DNA of 53,682 nt, from positions 1 to 53,682 of IMG/VR virus record IMGVR_UViG_3300031825_000171; one strand, written 5' to 3'. How positions within the stretch are numbered: position 1 is the first letter of the stretch; every line of letters begins with the position of its first letter. The notes beneath the pieces were generated by a model that did not search any database, was not told the DNA's origin, and saw nothing but the letters and a program-made list of their open reading frames with translations. The position numbers and the translations under genes were made by a program. This document shows positions 35,273-44,526 of the stretch, piece by piece. The stretch is from a virus (taxonomy: Duplodnaviria > Caudoviricetes).

Positions 35273-35626
35273 CCGCCCGCCTCCAGCACATCACCATCCG
35301 CGACGAGCTGCCCCGCGTGCGGATGCTGGCTGCACGACGCGCCAACAAGGAGCGCCGCGCGCAAACGTGGGCGACGGTGAAACGATGGGCCGACAGGCTC
35401 GTGACGGCTGCACTGTTCGTCGGATCGGCTTGGGCGCTGTGGGCGATTCTGGGGAGGATGTGATGAATATCTGCGATAGACGATTCCGGTACGTTTCGGC
35501 TGCAGCAACGAATGTCGCGGCCACATTTCAGAAGCACGGTTTCCGCGTTCGTTCATACGAGGAGCAGAAAGCCGCAGCTCAGGAACGGATGCGCAAGGAT
35601 AACGTAACGCAGCTACGGAGGGCGAA

Positions 35627-36142
35627 ATGAGCGACAAGACACATTACCGCAAGGCATTCGATAGTCCGTATCTGTCCAGTGCGGACATCGTGGAGCCTAC
35701 GGTTTTGACGATCCGGTGCGTAAAGCTGGAAATCGACCGGACGAAGAAAACCAAGGATTTATTCAATACCGCGTATTTCGCGGAGAAGGAGATACGGGTC
35801 GGCGAAGCACTGAAGCCGATGATCCTCAACGCCTCCAATAGCAAGATGATGAAAGCGTTGACCGGGACGCCGTTCATTGACGACTGGAACAACGTGCGGG
35901 TGACGATCTACGTGGACCATAACGTGCGTTTCGGGAAAGAGACTGTTGAGGGCTTGCGCATCAGCCCGCACCAGCCGGAGGCTACGCAGAAGGTACTTAC
36001 GCCCACGATGACTAAGGCGTGGGAAAACGCCAAGGCAGCATACAAGCGGGACGGCAATCTGAAAAGCGTGCTGGCGCGAGTCGCCATGTCCGAAGAACAC
36101 CAGAAGCAGTTGATTGATGAATGCGCCGAGCGGACCACATGA
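35627..36142 (+). CDS. Probable ssDNA-annealing/binding partner of exonuclease
   Basis: KTHYRKAF.S.YL, KPMILN..N, GLRI; directly upstream of YqaJ-type exonuclease. Confidence 0.6.
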   Translation: MSDKTHYRKAFDSPYLSSADIVEPTVLTIRCVKLEIDRTKKTKDLFNTAYFAEKEIRVGEALKPMILNASNSKMMKALTGTPFIDDWNNVRVTIYVDHNVRFGKETVEGLRISPHQPEATQKVLTPTMTKAWENAKAAYKRDGNLKSVLARVAMSEEHQKQLIDECAERTT

Positions 36143-36768
36143 TCTTCCATGACGTTCCGCAGAACACGGACGCATGGGACGCCCTGCGTCTTGGCAAAGC
36201 CACTGCCTCGCAATTCGGTACGTTCATGGCGAACTACGGCAAGGACTTTGGGGAACCCGCAAAGCGGTATGCCCTGCAAATTGCCCTGGAACGACTGAGC
36301 GGGAAGAAAGCGGAGCATGGTTTCTCCAATGAACACATGGAGCGCGGGCACGAGCAGGAGCCTGTTGCTCGGATGCTGTATGCGGATGAGCACTTTGCCG
36401 AGGTATTGAACGGCGGATTCTTCGATTGCGGCGAGTACGGCGATTCCCCGGACGGTCGGGTTGGCGACTCTGGACTGGTCGAAATCAAGTCGGTCATTGC
36501 CTCGACCCATTACGCCACGATCCAGCGCGGCTCCTATGACCCGTCCTATAAATGGCAGCTTGTGGGGCACTTGGACTGCACCGGTCGGAAGTGGGTGGAT
36601 TTCATCAGCTATTGCTCCGACTTTCCCATCGGCGCGCAGCTATGCGTTTACCGGCTGCACCGTGAGGAATGCGAGGACGAGTTGGGAATGCTCCACGAGC
36701 GCAGAGAGCAGTTTTTGGTGCTGGTGGACAAGACCATGAACAACATAGCCGAAAGGATCGCCGCATGA
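36139..36768 (+). CDS. YqaJ/lambda-exonuclease family nuclease
   Basis: W...RLGK.TAS, M.RG...EP.AR..Y, SPDG, EIK, WVDFISY. Confidence 0.92.
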   Translation: MIFHDVPQNTDAWDALRLGKATASQFGTFMANYGKDFGEPAKRYALQIALERLSGKKAEHGFSNEHMERGHEQEPVARMLYADEHFAEVLNGGFFDCGEYGDSPDGRVGDSGLVEIKSVIASTHYATIQRGSYDPSYKWQLVGHLDCTGRKWVDFISYCSDFPIGAQLCVYRLHREECEDELGMLHERREQFLVLVDKTMNNIAERIAA

Positions 36769-37085
36769 GCATTCCCCTGCGCTGCTACGCGGTCCTGCGG
36801 GCGCACGCCGTAGGCTCGGACAAGGCGATGGACTGCCATGAAATAGCGCCGCTCATAGGGCTTCCTGCGCGCCGCCTAGGGGCATACCTGCACCGGCTGC
36901 ATAAGCAGGCTTACGGCGTCCATCGTATTCAGAAGGGCCGCAGGATCACGAAGCAGGGAAAGGTGAGAAAGACCTATGCCTACTACCTTGAGACAGCGGA
37001 AGACGTTGAGGCAGTTCTTCGCCAGAAGGCGGCTAGACCGGCTGCGCCTCAATTTGATGCGTCGGCGCTGGCGGGGGCGTGGTGA
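36765..37085 (+). CDS. Hypothetical winged-helix protein
   Basis: ATGA coupling, basic HTH-like. Confidence 0.6.
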   Translation: MSIPLRCYAVLRAHAVGSDKAMDCHEIAPLIGLPARRLGAYLHRLHKQAYGVHRIQKGRRITKQGKVRKTYAYYLETAEDVEAVLRQKAARPAAPQFDASALAGAW

Positions 37086-37570
37086 GGCCTAAATTCGCTA
37101 CTCGCACGATACGGCTCGACACACCGGCCAGAGTGGAGTTATTCGTCGCGGCCGTCCGAAGCGCGCCAGTTGATCCAGACAAGCCGCTGGAGGGTTTGAT
37201 CCGCGAGGAACAGAAGGTGCGTAAGCAGACGCAGAACGAGGCGATGTGGGCGGGACCGCTCAAGGATATAGCCGAGCAGGCATGGGTTAAGGACGAGGAA
37301 ACCGGACGCTCCCGGCTATATTCCGCGCCTGCGTGGCATGAGTACTTTAAGGAAAAATATCTGCCAGAGGACGATGACCCGGATTTGGAGACTCTGGTGA
37401 AAGAAGGCTATCGCAAGTGGGACATCACGCCAGCCGGAAAGCGCGTGTTGATCGGCAGCACTACGCAGTTACTTGTGCGAGGCATGGCACTCTACATGCA
37501 GCAGGTAGAGGCAGAAGGCGCGAGCATGGGCGTCATGTTCCACGCAGCGCCGATGAGGAATGCGGCATGA
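37082..37570 (+). CDS. NinB/Orf-family recombination protein
   Basis: R...QN..MW...L.DIAEQ, WHEYFK, GSTT.L. Confidence 0.8.
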   Translation: MRPKFATRTIRLDTPARVELFVAAVRSAPVDPDKPLEGLIREEQKVRKQTQNEAMWAGPLKDIAEQAWVKDEETGRSRLYSAPAWHEYFKEKYLPEDDDPDLETLVKEGYRKWDITPAGKRVLIGSTTQLLVRGMALYMQQVEAEGASMGVMFHAAPMRNAA

Positions 37571-37899
37571 GACCGATCATCCAAAAATCCCCGCGCTACG
37601 AGAATCGCAAGCTGCTCGATCTATGCCGCGGCGCACCGTGCATGCTGAATTTCCCCGGCTGCACAGGTGGCGAAGGACCGGATGCGCCGAGTGTTCCCTG
37701 TCATTCCAACTGGCAGAGTGATGGACGCGGAACGGGCTACAAAACGCACGATCATACCGCTGTGCCGGGATGCCCGTCCTGTCATCACCAACTCGACTAC
37801 GGCCCGTATACGCGAGAGCAGAAGGAAGAGACGTTTCGCAATGCTCAGCGCAGATGGTGGGGATATTTATGGACGCACAATCGAATAAAGGTGGCGTGA
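37567..37899 (+). CDS. DUF1364-like His/Cys nuclease-fold protein
   Basis: RG.PC.L..PG.C, HSN, G.G.K.HD, CxxCH. Confidence 0.8.
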   Translation: MRPIIQKSPRYENRKLLDLCRGAPCMLNFPGCTGGEGPDAPSVPCHSNWQSDGRGTGYKTHDHTAVPGCPSCHHQLDYGPYTREQKEETFRNAQRRWWGYLWTHNRIKVA

Positions 37900-38047
37900 T
37901 GACGACGCAGGCGGAAGATGACTATTTCGATTCTGACGACTACGAAGATCGAATCTGCGACTACTGCTCAGGCACCGGTGGCAATCCATGGGATGACGGG
38001 ATTACGCCATGCCCTGAGTGCGACGGAGAGGGATATAGGTGGTTTGA

Positions 38048-38773
38048 ATGAGCGAGACGCAGACGGAAGGGTCGCCGGGCACACGCACACCGCTGGACGG
38101 CATGACGGAGACGCTGATGGAGTGGGTTGAAGTCGGCGGCATTCAATACGCGACGCAGCAGGAAGTGGCTCACGAGATCGAACGCCTGCGCAAACCGCCC
38201 GAGGAGACATTGAGCGATGAGCCGGGGTGCGCGCACTGCATGAGGGCGGGCACGCCGGTTCGGCTCGGCGAGGTATGTCCGAAATGCGGCGACCGTTTGC
38301 CAACTCGCACCGAGACAGAGCAGCGCGAGAAGATAGCGCAACTCACATCCGCCCTGGCCGCCGAGACTGCTGCGCGCGAGCGAGCGGAGCGTCGTTGGCA
38401 TCTACTTCGGATATGCTTAAGGAGCCGAGATTGGCATCAAACACTATCACGATTTGCTCGAAACAATCGCCAGTCAGTCGGCGTGATGACGGAAGACCGG
38501 ATACGGGAGATTGCGTTAGATAACGCGGCGTATTGGGAAATCGGTAAGCAAGTGACCGGACCCAATGGCAACATGAAGCTGAATAAGCAGATCGAGCGCG
38601 CCATCCGCCAAGCCCTCTCCGAGTCCTCGCTGTGCGCGGAGACGGTCGAGCGATGCGCGAAGGTGTGCGAATCGACAAAACAGCAGATGAGATTTGGTGA
38701 CATGGAGAGAGCCGCAGACATCTGTGCCGACGCCATCCGCTCCCTCCCCGCAGACAAAGGAGATCGGGGATGA
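38048..38773 (+). CDS. Hypothetical mosaic protein
   Basis: CxxC pairs; E.CAKVCE..A..CA.AIR C-terminal motif. Confidence 0.6.
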   Translation: MSETQTEGSPGTRTPLDGMTETLMEWVEVGGIQYATQQEVAHEIERLRKPPEETLSDEPGCAHCMRAGTPVRLGEVCPKCGDRLPTRTETEQREKIAQLTSALAAETAARERAERRWHLLRICLRSRDWHQTLSRFARNNRQSVGVMTEDRIREIALDNAAYWEIGKQVTGPNGNMKLNKQIERAIRQALSESSLCAETVERCAKVCESTKQQMRFGDMERAADICADAIRSLPADKGDRG

Positions 38774-39015
38774 GCATGCATTGCTGGTGGTTTGGCTGCG
38801 AGATGAACCCACAAGATCCATCGCCAGTAGAAGAGGCAACATGCATGCATTGCGGAGAACTGATTTCTTACGCCGACATGGTTGGCGATACCCGCCACGG
38901 TCGAATGATGGACCGGCTACATCGCGCGCTGCGCCTCCTCTGGCCGAAACGATGCACTGATTGCGGACGGAAGTGGCGCGCATGCGATGAGAACGTAGAT
39001 CACATACCGTTTTAG
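38770..39015 (+). CDS. Cys-rich hypothetical protein
   Basis: ATGA coupling. Confidence 0.6.
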   Translation: MSMHCWWFGCEMNPQDPSPVEEATCMHCGELISYADMVGDTRHGRMMDRLHRALRLLWPKRCTDCGRKWRACDENVDHIPF

Positions 39016-39030
39016 TGTGAGGAGTGAGCG

Positions 39031-39402
39031 ATGAGGGAATTGATACGACGGTTGCGCGTTATATACGCGCAGAAGCAGCTGATCCACGGCGTTGGAGGAC
39101 AGCAGCTGGGGCAGGAACGATATAGGATCGTAGCGCCGGGATATATCTTAGAGGACTTGATGAACGCCGCAGACGCGCTGGAGCGCATGCAGAAGGATGC
39201 GGCGAGGCTGCGTTACGCGATGGAGGATATAGACGGCTTCGTCCATGTCGGCAAGGACAAATACGACTATGCCATGGAAATAGCGGCCAAGAATGGGCGA
39301 GACGCGCCAAGCGAAGATGATGAAATGGATGGAATCCGCGCACTTATCGACGCCGCCATCGACCACGAGCAGCCCGCACGCATCGGGACGGGGGACGCAT
39401 GA
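39031..39402 (+). CDS. Hypothetical protein
   Basis: GAGGAG RBS; KDAAR..IDAAI motif. Confidence 0.7.
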   Translation: MRELIRRLRVIYAQKQLIHGVGGQQLGQERYRIVAPGYILEDLMNAADALERMQKDAARLRYAMEDIDGFVHVGKDKYDYAMEIAAKNGRDAPSEDDEMDGIRALIDAAIDHEQPARIGTGDA

Positions 39403-40124
39403 GCAAACAGAGGGAGCGGCCAATACTCTTCTCTGGCGCGATGGTTCGCGCAATCCTCGAAGGCCGCAAGAAGATGACGAGGCGCGTGGTGAAGCATCGC
39501 ATTTACAGTAACGGCTTTCACTTCGACGGTCGCGACATCCTGTGTCATTGCGACGAATTGCCGCCGAGCGCGATGCTCATGGAAGTGAAGCGCGGGAAGA
39601 TCGCTTACACAACGTCAAATCTCGAAGGCTGGGAATCGGAGTGCCCCTACGGCGCGCCCGGCGATCGGCTGTGGGTGCGGGAGGCGTGGGCGCGCGACTT
39701 CGAGATGTCCAGTCGGGTATTCTATCGCGCCGACGCGGACGAGGACGGAACCATTCCCTATCTGGTCGCAGGCGAGGGGATGGGGGGTGGCGTTGGAAAC
39801 GCGCGCATCGACCGCTGGCGTCCCTCCATCCACATGCCCCGCTGGGCCTCCCGGATCACGCTGGAGGTGACCGGCGTCCGCGTCGAGCGGGTGCAGGATA
39901 TTAGCGAGGAAGATGCGATTGCCGAGGGCGTCGAGCGCCGTGTCATCGGCTCGGGGTGGCGGGAATACGGCCTCGATGATGCAACGGAGCTTGCGGGCAC
40001 GCCACCGCTCGCCACAGCACGCGAGTCATTCCGCTCCCTCTGGGACAGCATCAACGCCAAGCGCGCACCGTGGGCGTCTAATCCGTACGTGTGGGTCGTG
40101 GCTTTCAGGCGGGTGCAGTCATGA
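39399..40124 (+). CDS. Conserved phage ASCH-like protein
   Basis: ERPILFS..MVRAIL.GRK..TRR, GDRLWVRE, W.PSIHMPRWASRI, NP.VWV. Confidence 0.85.
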   Translation: MSKQRERPILFSGAMVRAILEGRKKMTRRVVKHRIYSNGFHFDGRDILCHCDELPPSAMLMEVKRGKIAYTTSNLEGWESECPYGAPGDRLWVREAWARDFEMSSRVFYRADADEDGTIPYLVAGEGMGGGVGNARIDRWRPSIHMPRWASRITLEVTGVRVERVQDISEEDAIAEGVERRVIGSGWREYGLDDATELAGTPPLATARESFRSLWDSINAKRAPWASNPYVWVVAFRRVQS

Positions 40125-40321
40125 GCGCCGTCCTCGGCACCCGCATCGACGGCGACCAGCTCGCCCTGCTCTGCTTCCAGCACGGCATCCAGATCGGCTA
40201 CGTGCATCACGCCTACGACCACGGGCCGGAGATCATAGTCACCGGCGAGCCACGCGGTGAGCACGACTGCGAGGCGATGGGCTGCGGGCAGGGGCATGTC
40301 ATTCAACGAGTGAGGAAGTGA
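40121..40321 (+). CDS. Hypothetical His/Cys protein
   Basis: ATGA coupling. Confidence 0.55.
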   Translation: MSAVLGTRIDGDQLALLCFQHGIQIGYVHHAYDHGPEIIVTGEPRGEHDCEAMGCGQGHVIQRVRK

Positions 40322-40394
40322 TGAAGCACATCCCCGAAGCAGCGCTCGCGCAGCGCCAGGGCGGCATGCTGCGCGCGAGCGAGGAGTTCTTCGA

Positions 40395-40724
40395 GTGAGC
40401 GAACCGGCCGACATGCTGACGGCGAAGCAGGCGGCAGCCATCCTGGGCGTGCCGGTCCGCTCCTTTTACGACCTGGGCATCCCGTGCTATAAACTGAGCC
40501 CGCGGCGTACCCGCTGGGCGCGGGCTGACATCGAGGAATACAAGGCATCATGCCGGTTTACTGGAGCAAAGCCGACGGCTGCTTCCGCTACGAGTTCGAC
40601 CGTCGTATTGAAGGCCGCCGTTACCGACTTACGAAGCTGCTTCCGAAAGGCTGGAGCCGAACCCAAGCCGACGCCTTCGAGCGCACGGAAAGCGCCCGTC
40701 TATACGCTGAGTCCAAAGGCTTAG
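40395..40724 (+). CDS. xis: Excisionase-like HTH protein overlapping int
   Basis: LTAKQAA.ILGV...FY, RW..ADI. Confidence 0.75.
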   Translation: MSEPADMLTAKQAAAILGVPVRSFYDLGIPCYKLSPRRTRWARADIEEYKASCRFTGAKPTAASATSSTVVLKAAVTDLRSCFRKAGAEPKPTPSSARKAPVYTLSPKA

Positions 40725-41593
40725 AGCAAGGCCGGCTCCCGCTCGCCGGCGCCGTGAAGCTCTACCTCGAGCACCGCATCCCACAACTGAAGAACGGCAA
40801 GAAAGCCGCGCAGGATCTTGCCCACCTCGTCGACCTGATCGAGCACGCGTTTCTCGACGAAGTGAGCGATATCGCGAACGCCTACAAGACAGATCACGCC
40901 GGCAAGCTTGCGCCGGCGACGATCCGCAATCGCCTGTCGTACCTGAAAGCCGCCGTGCGCTACGCCTACCGCGAGCATAGCTACGGCGACCGCGACTACA
41001 GCGACCGGATGAGCCTGCCAGCCGCGAACAACGAGCGCCAGGTATATGCACGCATGGTCGAGCTCAATCGGCTGTGGAAGGCGCTGAAGGACCCGGAGGC
41101 GCGCGCGCTCTTCAAGCTCGTCTTCTACATGGGGCTGCGCTGGCGTGCCGAGCTGCTGACGAGGACGCGTGCGCACATCGTGAAGAACGGTGCCGACGTG
41201 TGGCTCGAGATCGGCATCACGAAGAACGGCCAGCCGGTGATGAAGCCGGTGAATCCCGCGGCCGTTGAATGCCTGAAGTTCATCCCGTTCCAGTACGCCG
41301 ACCGGTGGTACTACGACCGCTGGCACGAGGCTGTCGAGAAGATCGGCCGCCCCGACCTGCGCCCGCACGATCTGCGGCACTCGTTGGGTTCTGAAGTGCT
41401 CAACCGACCGGGCGCGTCATTGGACGATGTTCGGGCCGCCCTGCACCATCAAAGCCTGCAGGCCGCGAAACGCTACGCTCACCTGTACCCCGAGAAGATG
41501 AGGGCTATTCTGATGGCAACCGGGCAGAAAATTCCACAGACGCGGCGGCTTAAGTCGCGGGCGAAAAGCGGGCGGCGTGCGATAAGTAGTTGA
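40550..41593 (+). CDS. int: Tyrosine integrase
   Basis: GLR..EL, K, HDLRH, L.H, RYAH catalytic motifs. Confidence 0.95.
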   Translation: MPVYWSKADGCFRYEFDRRIEGRRYRLTKLLPKGWSRTQADAFERTESARLYAESKGLEQGRLPLAGAVKLYLEHRIPQLKNGKKAAQDLAHLVDLIEHAFLDEVSDIANAYKTDHAGKLAPATIRNRLSYLKAAVRYAYREHSYGDRDYSDRMSLPAANNERQVYARMVELNRLWKALKDPEARALFKLVFYMGLRWRAELLTRTRAHIVKNGADVWLEIGITKNGQPVMKPVNPAAVECLKFIPFQYADRWYYDRWHEAVEKIGRPDLRPHDLRHSLGSEVLNRPGASLDDVRAALHHQSLQAAKRYAHLYPEKMRAILMATGQKIPQTRRLKSRAKSGRRAISS

Positions 41594-41760
41594 TATTGCT
41601 GGTGCCCGGAGCCGGAATCGAACCGGCATGACCGGTTAAGGTCGAGGGATTTTAAGCACGTTGCCCTTACTGCGCGAAACCTCGCTTCATAGGGGAATCA
41701 ACGGGCAAGGAGCGCCACGAAGGCCTGAAAACGCAACCAGATGGGCAGAAAACTCCACAG
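41522..41760. other. attP: attP: core 41600-41656 = 3' half of tRNA-Leu(UAA), with arm repeats and IHF site
   Basis: Minus strand CTTAAAATCCCT..GGTTCGATTCC..GGGCACCA; GGGCAGAAAA(T/C)TCCACAG at 41522 and 41743; IHF consensus 41583-41595. Confidence 0.88.
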
Positions 41761-42034
41761 TCTGCCCCGCCAGCACGCCACGCTTGCGCCCGCCTTCACC
41801 AACCGCCTTCGGACATGCCACCATAGCCGAATCGCGGCACGACGCCGCAAATCGCGTTCTAGGCCGATTTCACGGGGTGGGGGCAAACTGGAAAAAATCG
41901 AAACTACAACTCGCTCGGCATTTAGCGACGACTGCGACGCGCGGGAAGTCGCCAATCACCCGTCAGCAACCAACGAGGAGCGCATCGCCGCAGCTCACAT
42001 CATGGCTGCTACGACCTGCCGCGCCGCGAGCCGC

Positions 42035-42145
42035 TTAGTGCGGCATCTGCGAGAAGAACCACGCCATAGCGCCATAGAGCGCGGCGACGACGAGCACGGC
42101 GACCGCGACGAGCGCGCCGATGATCTGCAGCAGTCGACGGATCAT
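42035..42145 (-). CDS. 36-aa membrane peptide after endolysin
   Basis: ATGA coupling; single hydrophobic helix. Confidence 0.5.
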   Translation of the reverse strand: MIRRLLQIIGALVAVAVLVVAALYGAMAWFFSQMPH

Positions 42146-42570
42146 GGCGACAGCAGCGCGGCTTCCGCCTCGCGCCTCAGCATCAGGCCGGGCAGCCTCC
42201 TGCCGCCACCCCAGACCCACTTCCGCAGTTCGTCCTGCGCTTCCTCCCACTCCTTCGCTTGGACCTTCCGGCGCAGCGTGCTCGCCTTGTAGCGGGTCGT
42301 TCCGAGGTTGAAGCAGAAGTCCGCGATCGCGGCGTGCCTGTCTGGCTCAGTGATCAGATTCGGGGACAGCTTCACCGCGGCGCGCGCGAAACGCTGGCCG
42401 TCATCGTGGGCCATGTCCTCGGCAAGATCGGGCGTAATCGGCGGGCTCTCCATCGTAACGTCTGGCCCGGTGTGGCCGTAGCCCACAGTCGGAACGCCCG
42501 CTGGGCAGCGGTATGGCTTCAGCCGCAGTCCTTCGAAGCGCCGGATCAGGGCGAGCAGAGTGTCGAGCAT
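42142..42570 (-). CDS. Endolysin, GH24 lysozyme
   Basis: FEGLRL.PY.CPAGVPTVGYGHT, FNLG, LPGL..RR..E. Confidence 0.93.
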   Translation of the reverse strand: MLDTLLALIRRFEGLRLKPYRCPAGVPTVGYGHTGPDVTMESPPITPDLAEDMAHDDGQRFARAAVKLSPNLITEPDRHAAIADFCFNLGTTRYKASTLRRKVQAKEWEEAQDELRKWVWGGGRRLPGLMLRREAEAALLSP

Positions 42571-43046
42571 CACCGCTGCTTGCGCAGTGCTCTATCGACG
42601 AACCAAAACGAGATAATCGACGCCGCAATGGCTTTCTCGTCCTGCCCCCAGATATTCAGAATTGCTTCGACGTTCGTCTGATGGAGCACGACGACGTAGG
42701 TATAGAACTCGGCAACCAGGGCAACGGTATAGAGGAAGATCGCCCACCAGAACGTCAGGATCGGACGCACCAGCGCGTTGATGCCATCCACCCACCGGAT
42801 GCCCGTCTTGATGGCCTGCGCCTGCGTGGCGGCGATCATGGCCTGAATGTCGGACAGGTTGAGCGCATTCTCGCCCCGCGTTTCCTCGAGCTGCTGCGCG
42901 GCGGCGACCTTGAGCTTGTCGGCCTCCAACTGCTTGTCGAACATCGCGAGCTCGTGCTTGCGCTCGTCTTTCTTGTCCAGCCACTTGAGGAATTCCGGGG
43001 CGAGACGGAACAGGCCGCCGAACAGCGTGCCGAGTAGCGTTAACAT
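42570..43046 (-). CDS. Putative holin
   Basis: VRP.LT, hydrophobic helices, FWF..R terminus; coupled to endolysin. Confidence 0.7.
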   Translation of the reverse strand: MLTLLGTLFGGLFRLAPEFLKWLDKKDERKHELAMFDKQLEADKLKVAAAQQLEETRGENALNLSDIQAMIAATQAQAIKTGIRWVDGINALVRPILTFWWAIFLYTVALVAEFYTYVVVLHQTNVEAILNIWGQDEKAIAASIISFWFVDRALRKQR

Positions 43047-43097
43047 GTCATTCTCCTATGTCAAAACTCCGTTCATGGGCGAAGCGGTCGAGGAGTT

Positions 43098-43286
43098 TCA
43101 TTTATGCCAACCGTTTAGAGACAAGATAAAGTAGACCAGGGCGAACAGCCCAGCGGCCCCGAGGCTGGCGAGAGACCACTTGCCGAACGCGGCGAACTTG
43201 TCATCGAGCCACTCCCGCATCGCCTCTTTGAGCGCCCGCTTGATCTGCTCGTCCCGGATCGCCGCTCGTATCTCTTCCTGTGACAT
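43098..43286 (-). CDS. Small membrane lysis-region protein (holin/antiholin-like)
   Basis: GGGAG RBS; KEA..EWLD.KF..FGKW then TM helix. Confidence 0.7.
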   Translation of the reverse strand: MSQEEIRAAIRDEQIKRALKEAMREWLDDKFAAFGKWSLASLGAAGLFALVYFILSLNGWHK

Positions 43287-43341
43287 ACTGCACACTCCCA
43301 TGCTGGTGGAATACGGGAGCTTGCTTGTGTGCTAGGCTATC

Positions 43342-43435
43342 CATGCTGCGTACGCGGCGGGAGGGCCTTCGCTTGGCATCGCTCGTTGATGCTGGGGGCC
43401 GCGACGGTTGCACCCGTTGCGGTCGCCCTCTCTTT
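43342..43435 (+). ncRNA. Structured small RNA (same sequence as 33-126)
   Basis: Identical copy. Confidence 0.5.
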
Positions 43436-43488
43436 TCTTGCATCCCCTGTGCTGGTAAAGTCCGGTGCAAATTTCAGCTGGGGGACGT

Positions 43489-44328
43489 ATGGACTTGCGC
43501 CGAAATATTCAATCGCAGAAGCAGATCGACCAAGCCGCGAAGGTACTGAGCTATCAGCCGTTCATCATTTCAGACGACATGCAGACCGGCGTCGCTTATT
43601 CGTGGCTGCATAGCGATGACCCCCGCGTATCCCCTCCGCTCCTGTTCACCAAGGGGGACGGGCACGATTGGGATAAAGTCACGGACGCCAACCGCAGGCT
43701 GGCAGCGGTTTACGACGATCTGCTCGACGCGGTTGCGGAGCGCTTCCCTGGCGGATCGCTCATCGACATCGCATGCAATAACGGCTATTTCCCCGTTGGA
43801 GCCGAACTGCGGGGGATGAAAGCGCACGGCGTAGATGGAAACCGCAGATATGGGCATTCCATCTCGTTTCTCAATTCCGTCCTTGGAACAAAGGCCACGT
43901 TCTCCAGACTGCTCTACCACCCGGAAACGCACAAGCTCAGGGTGTGGAAGAGATACGATGTGGCCGTCGTCTCCGAGTTCATGTGCCACCTGCCTGACCC
44001 GCTCAACTTTCTTTCGACTGTCGGCAGAGTTGCCAAAAAAGGGATTCTCTTTTGGGGCCAGCTCGTGGATACGGATAAGTTTTTGATCTCCTACCAGCCC
44101 CGCCATCCGAATCTGTCGAAGCTGACGCAGTTCCCGGTTTGCTTCAACGACAACACCAGATTGAGCGTCGGGCTGTTCAAGGAATCCATGCGGCTCATGG
44201 GATTCAATAACATCATGGAAATACCGGCGAGAGACGCATGGATACCGGAGCTTCTTAAACCCGCAGAGTCGCTGGACGATGAGCTTTTGCGCGGGTCGCG
44301 TCATTTCGCAATGCTAGCTACCCGATAA
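43489..44328 (+). CDS. Class I SAM-dependent methyltransferase (allele C)
   Basis: DIACNNGYFP; colinear homolog of 172-1017. Confidence 0.85.
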   Translation: MDLRRNIQSQKQIDQAAKVLSYQPFIISDDMQTGVAYSWLHSDDPRVSPPLLFTKGDGHDWDKVTDANRRLAAVYDDLLDAVAERFPGGSLIDIACNNGYFPVGAELRGMKAHGVDGNRRYGHSISFLNSVLGTKATFSRLLYHPETHKLRVWKRYDVAVVSEFMCHLPDPLNFLSTVGRVAKKGILFWGQLVDTDKFLISYQPRHPNLSKLTQFPVCFNDNTRLSVGLFKESMRLMGFNNIMEIPARDAWIPELLKPAESLDDELLRGSRHFAMLATR

Positions 44329-44330
44329 AC

Positions 44331-44525
44331 TCACGCAGGAACAACCTCTCCGTTTTGCGCGATGTACGTGCCGGGGAACGTCAACTCCTCAAGCCACTGG
44401 TCATCGGTCAATGGCACAGCGCCTTGAGGGATCATGCAGCCCTCGCTTCCCGGATCACCGTGAATTTCAGTAGAGTAGAAAGCGCAAAAATTCCCATTGC
44501 TAAACACGCCGTATTTCTGAGCCAT
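44331..44525 (-). CDS. Short tail fibre assembly protein
   Basis: AFYSTEIHG, IP.GAV.LT..QW. Confidence 0.7.
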   Translation of the reverse strand: MAQKYGVFSNGNFCAFYSTEIHGDPGSEGCMIPQGAVPLTDDQWLEELTFPGTYIAQNGEVVPA

Positions 44526-44526
44526 G

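Larger units (their letters stand above)
1..43309. mobile_element. Temperate podovirus-type phage, one full genome length (variant with tail module A)
   Basis: Complete gene set (tail, ejection, capsid, portal, terminase, Q, replication, immunity, recombination, int/attP, lysis); position 1 recurs exactly at 43310. Confidence 0.93.

Noticed and set aside
41600-41656. Intact tRNA-Leu gene
   Set aside because: Only the 3' half is present; the 5' anticodon stem, D arm and acceptor strand are missing
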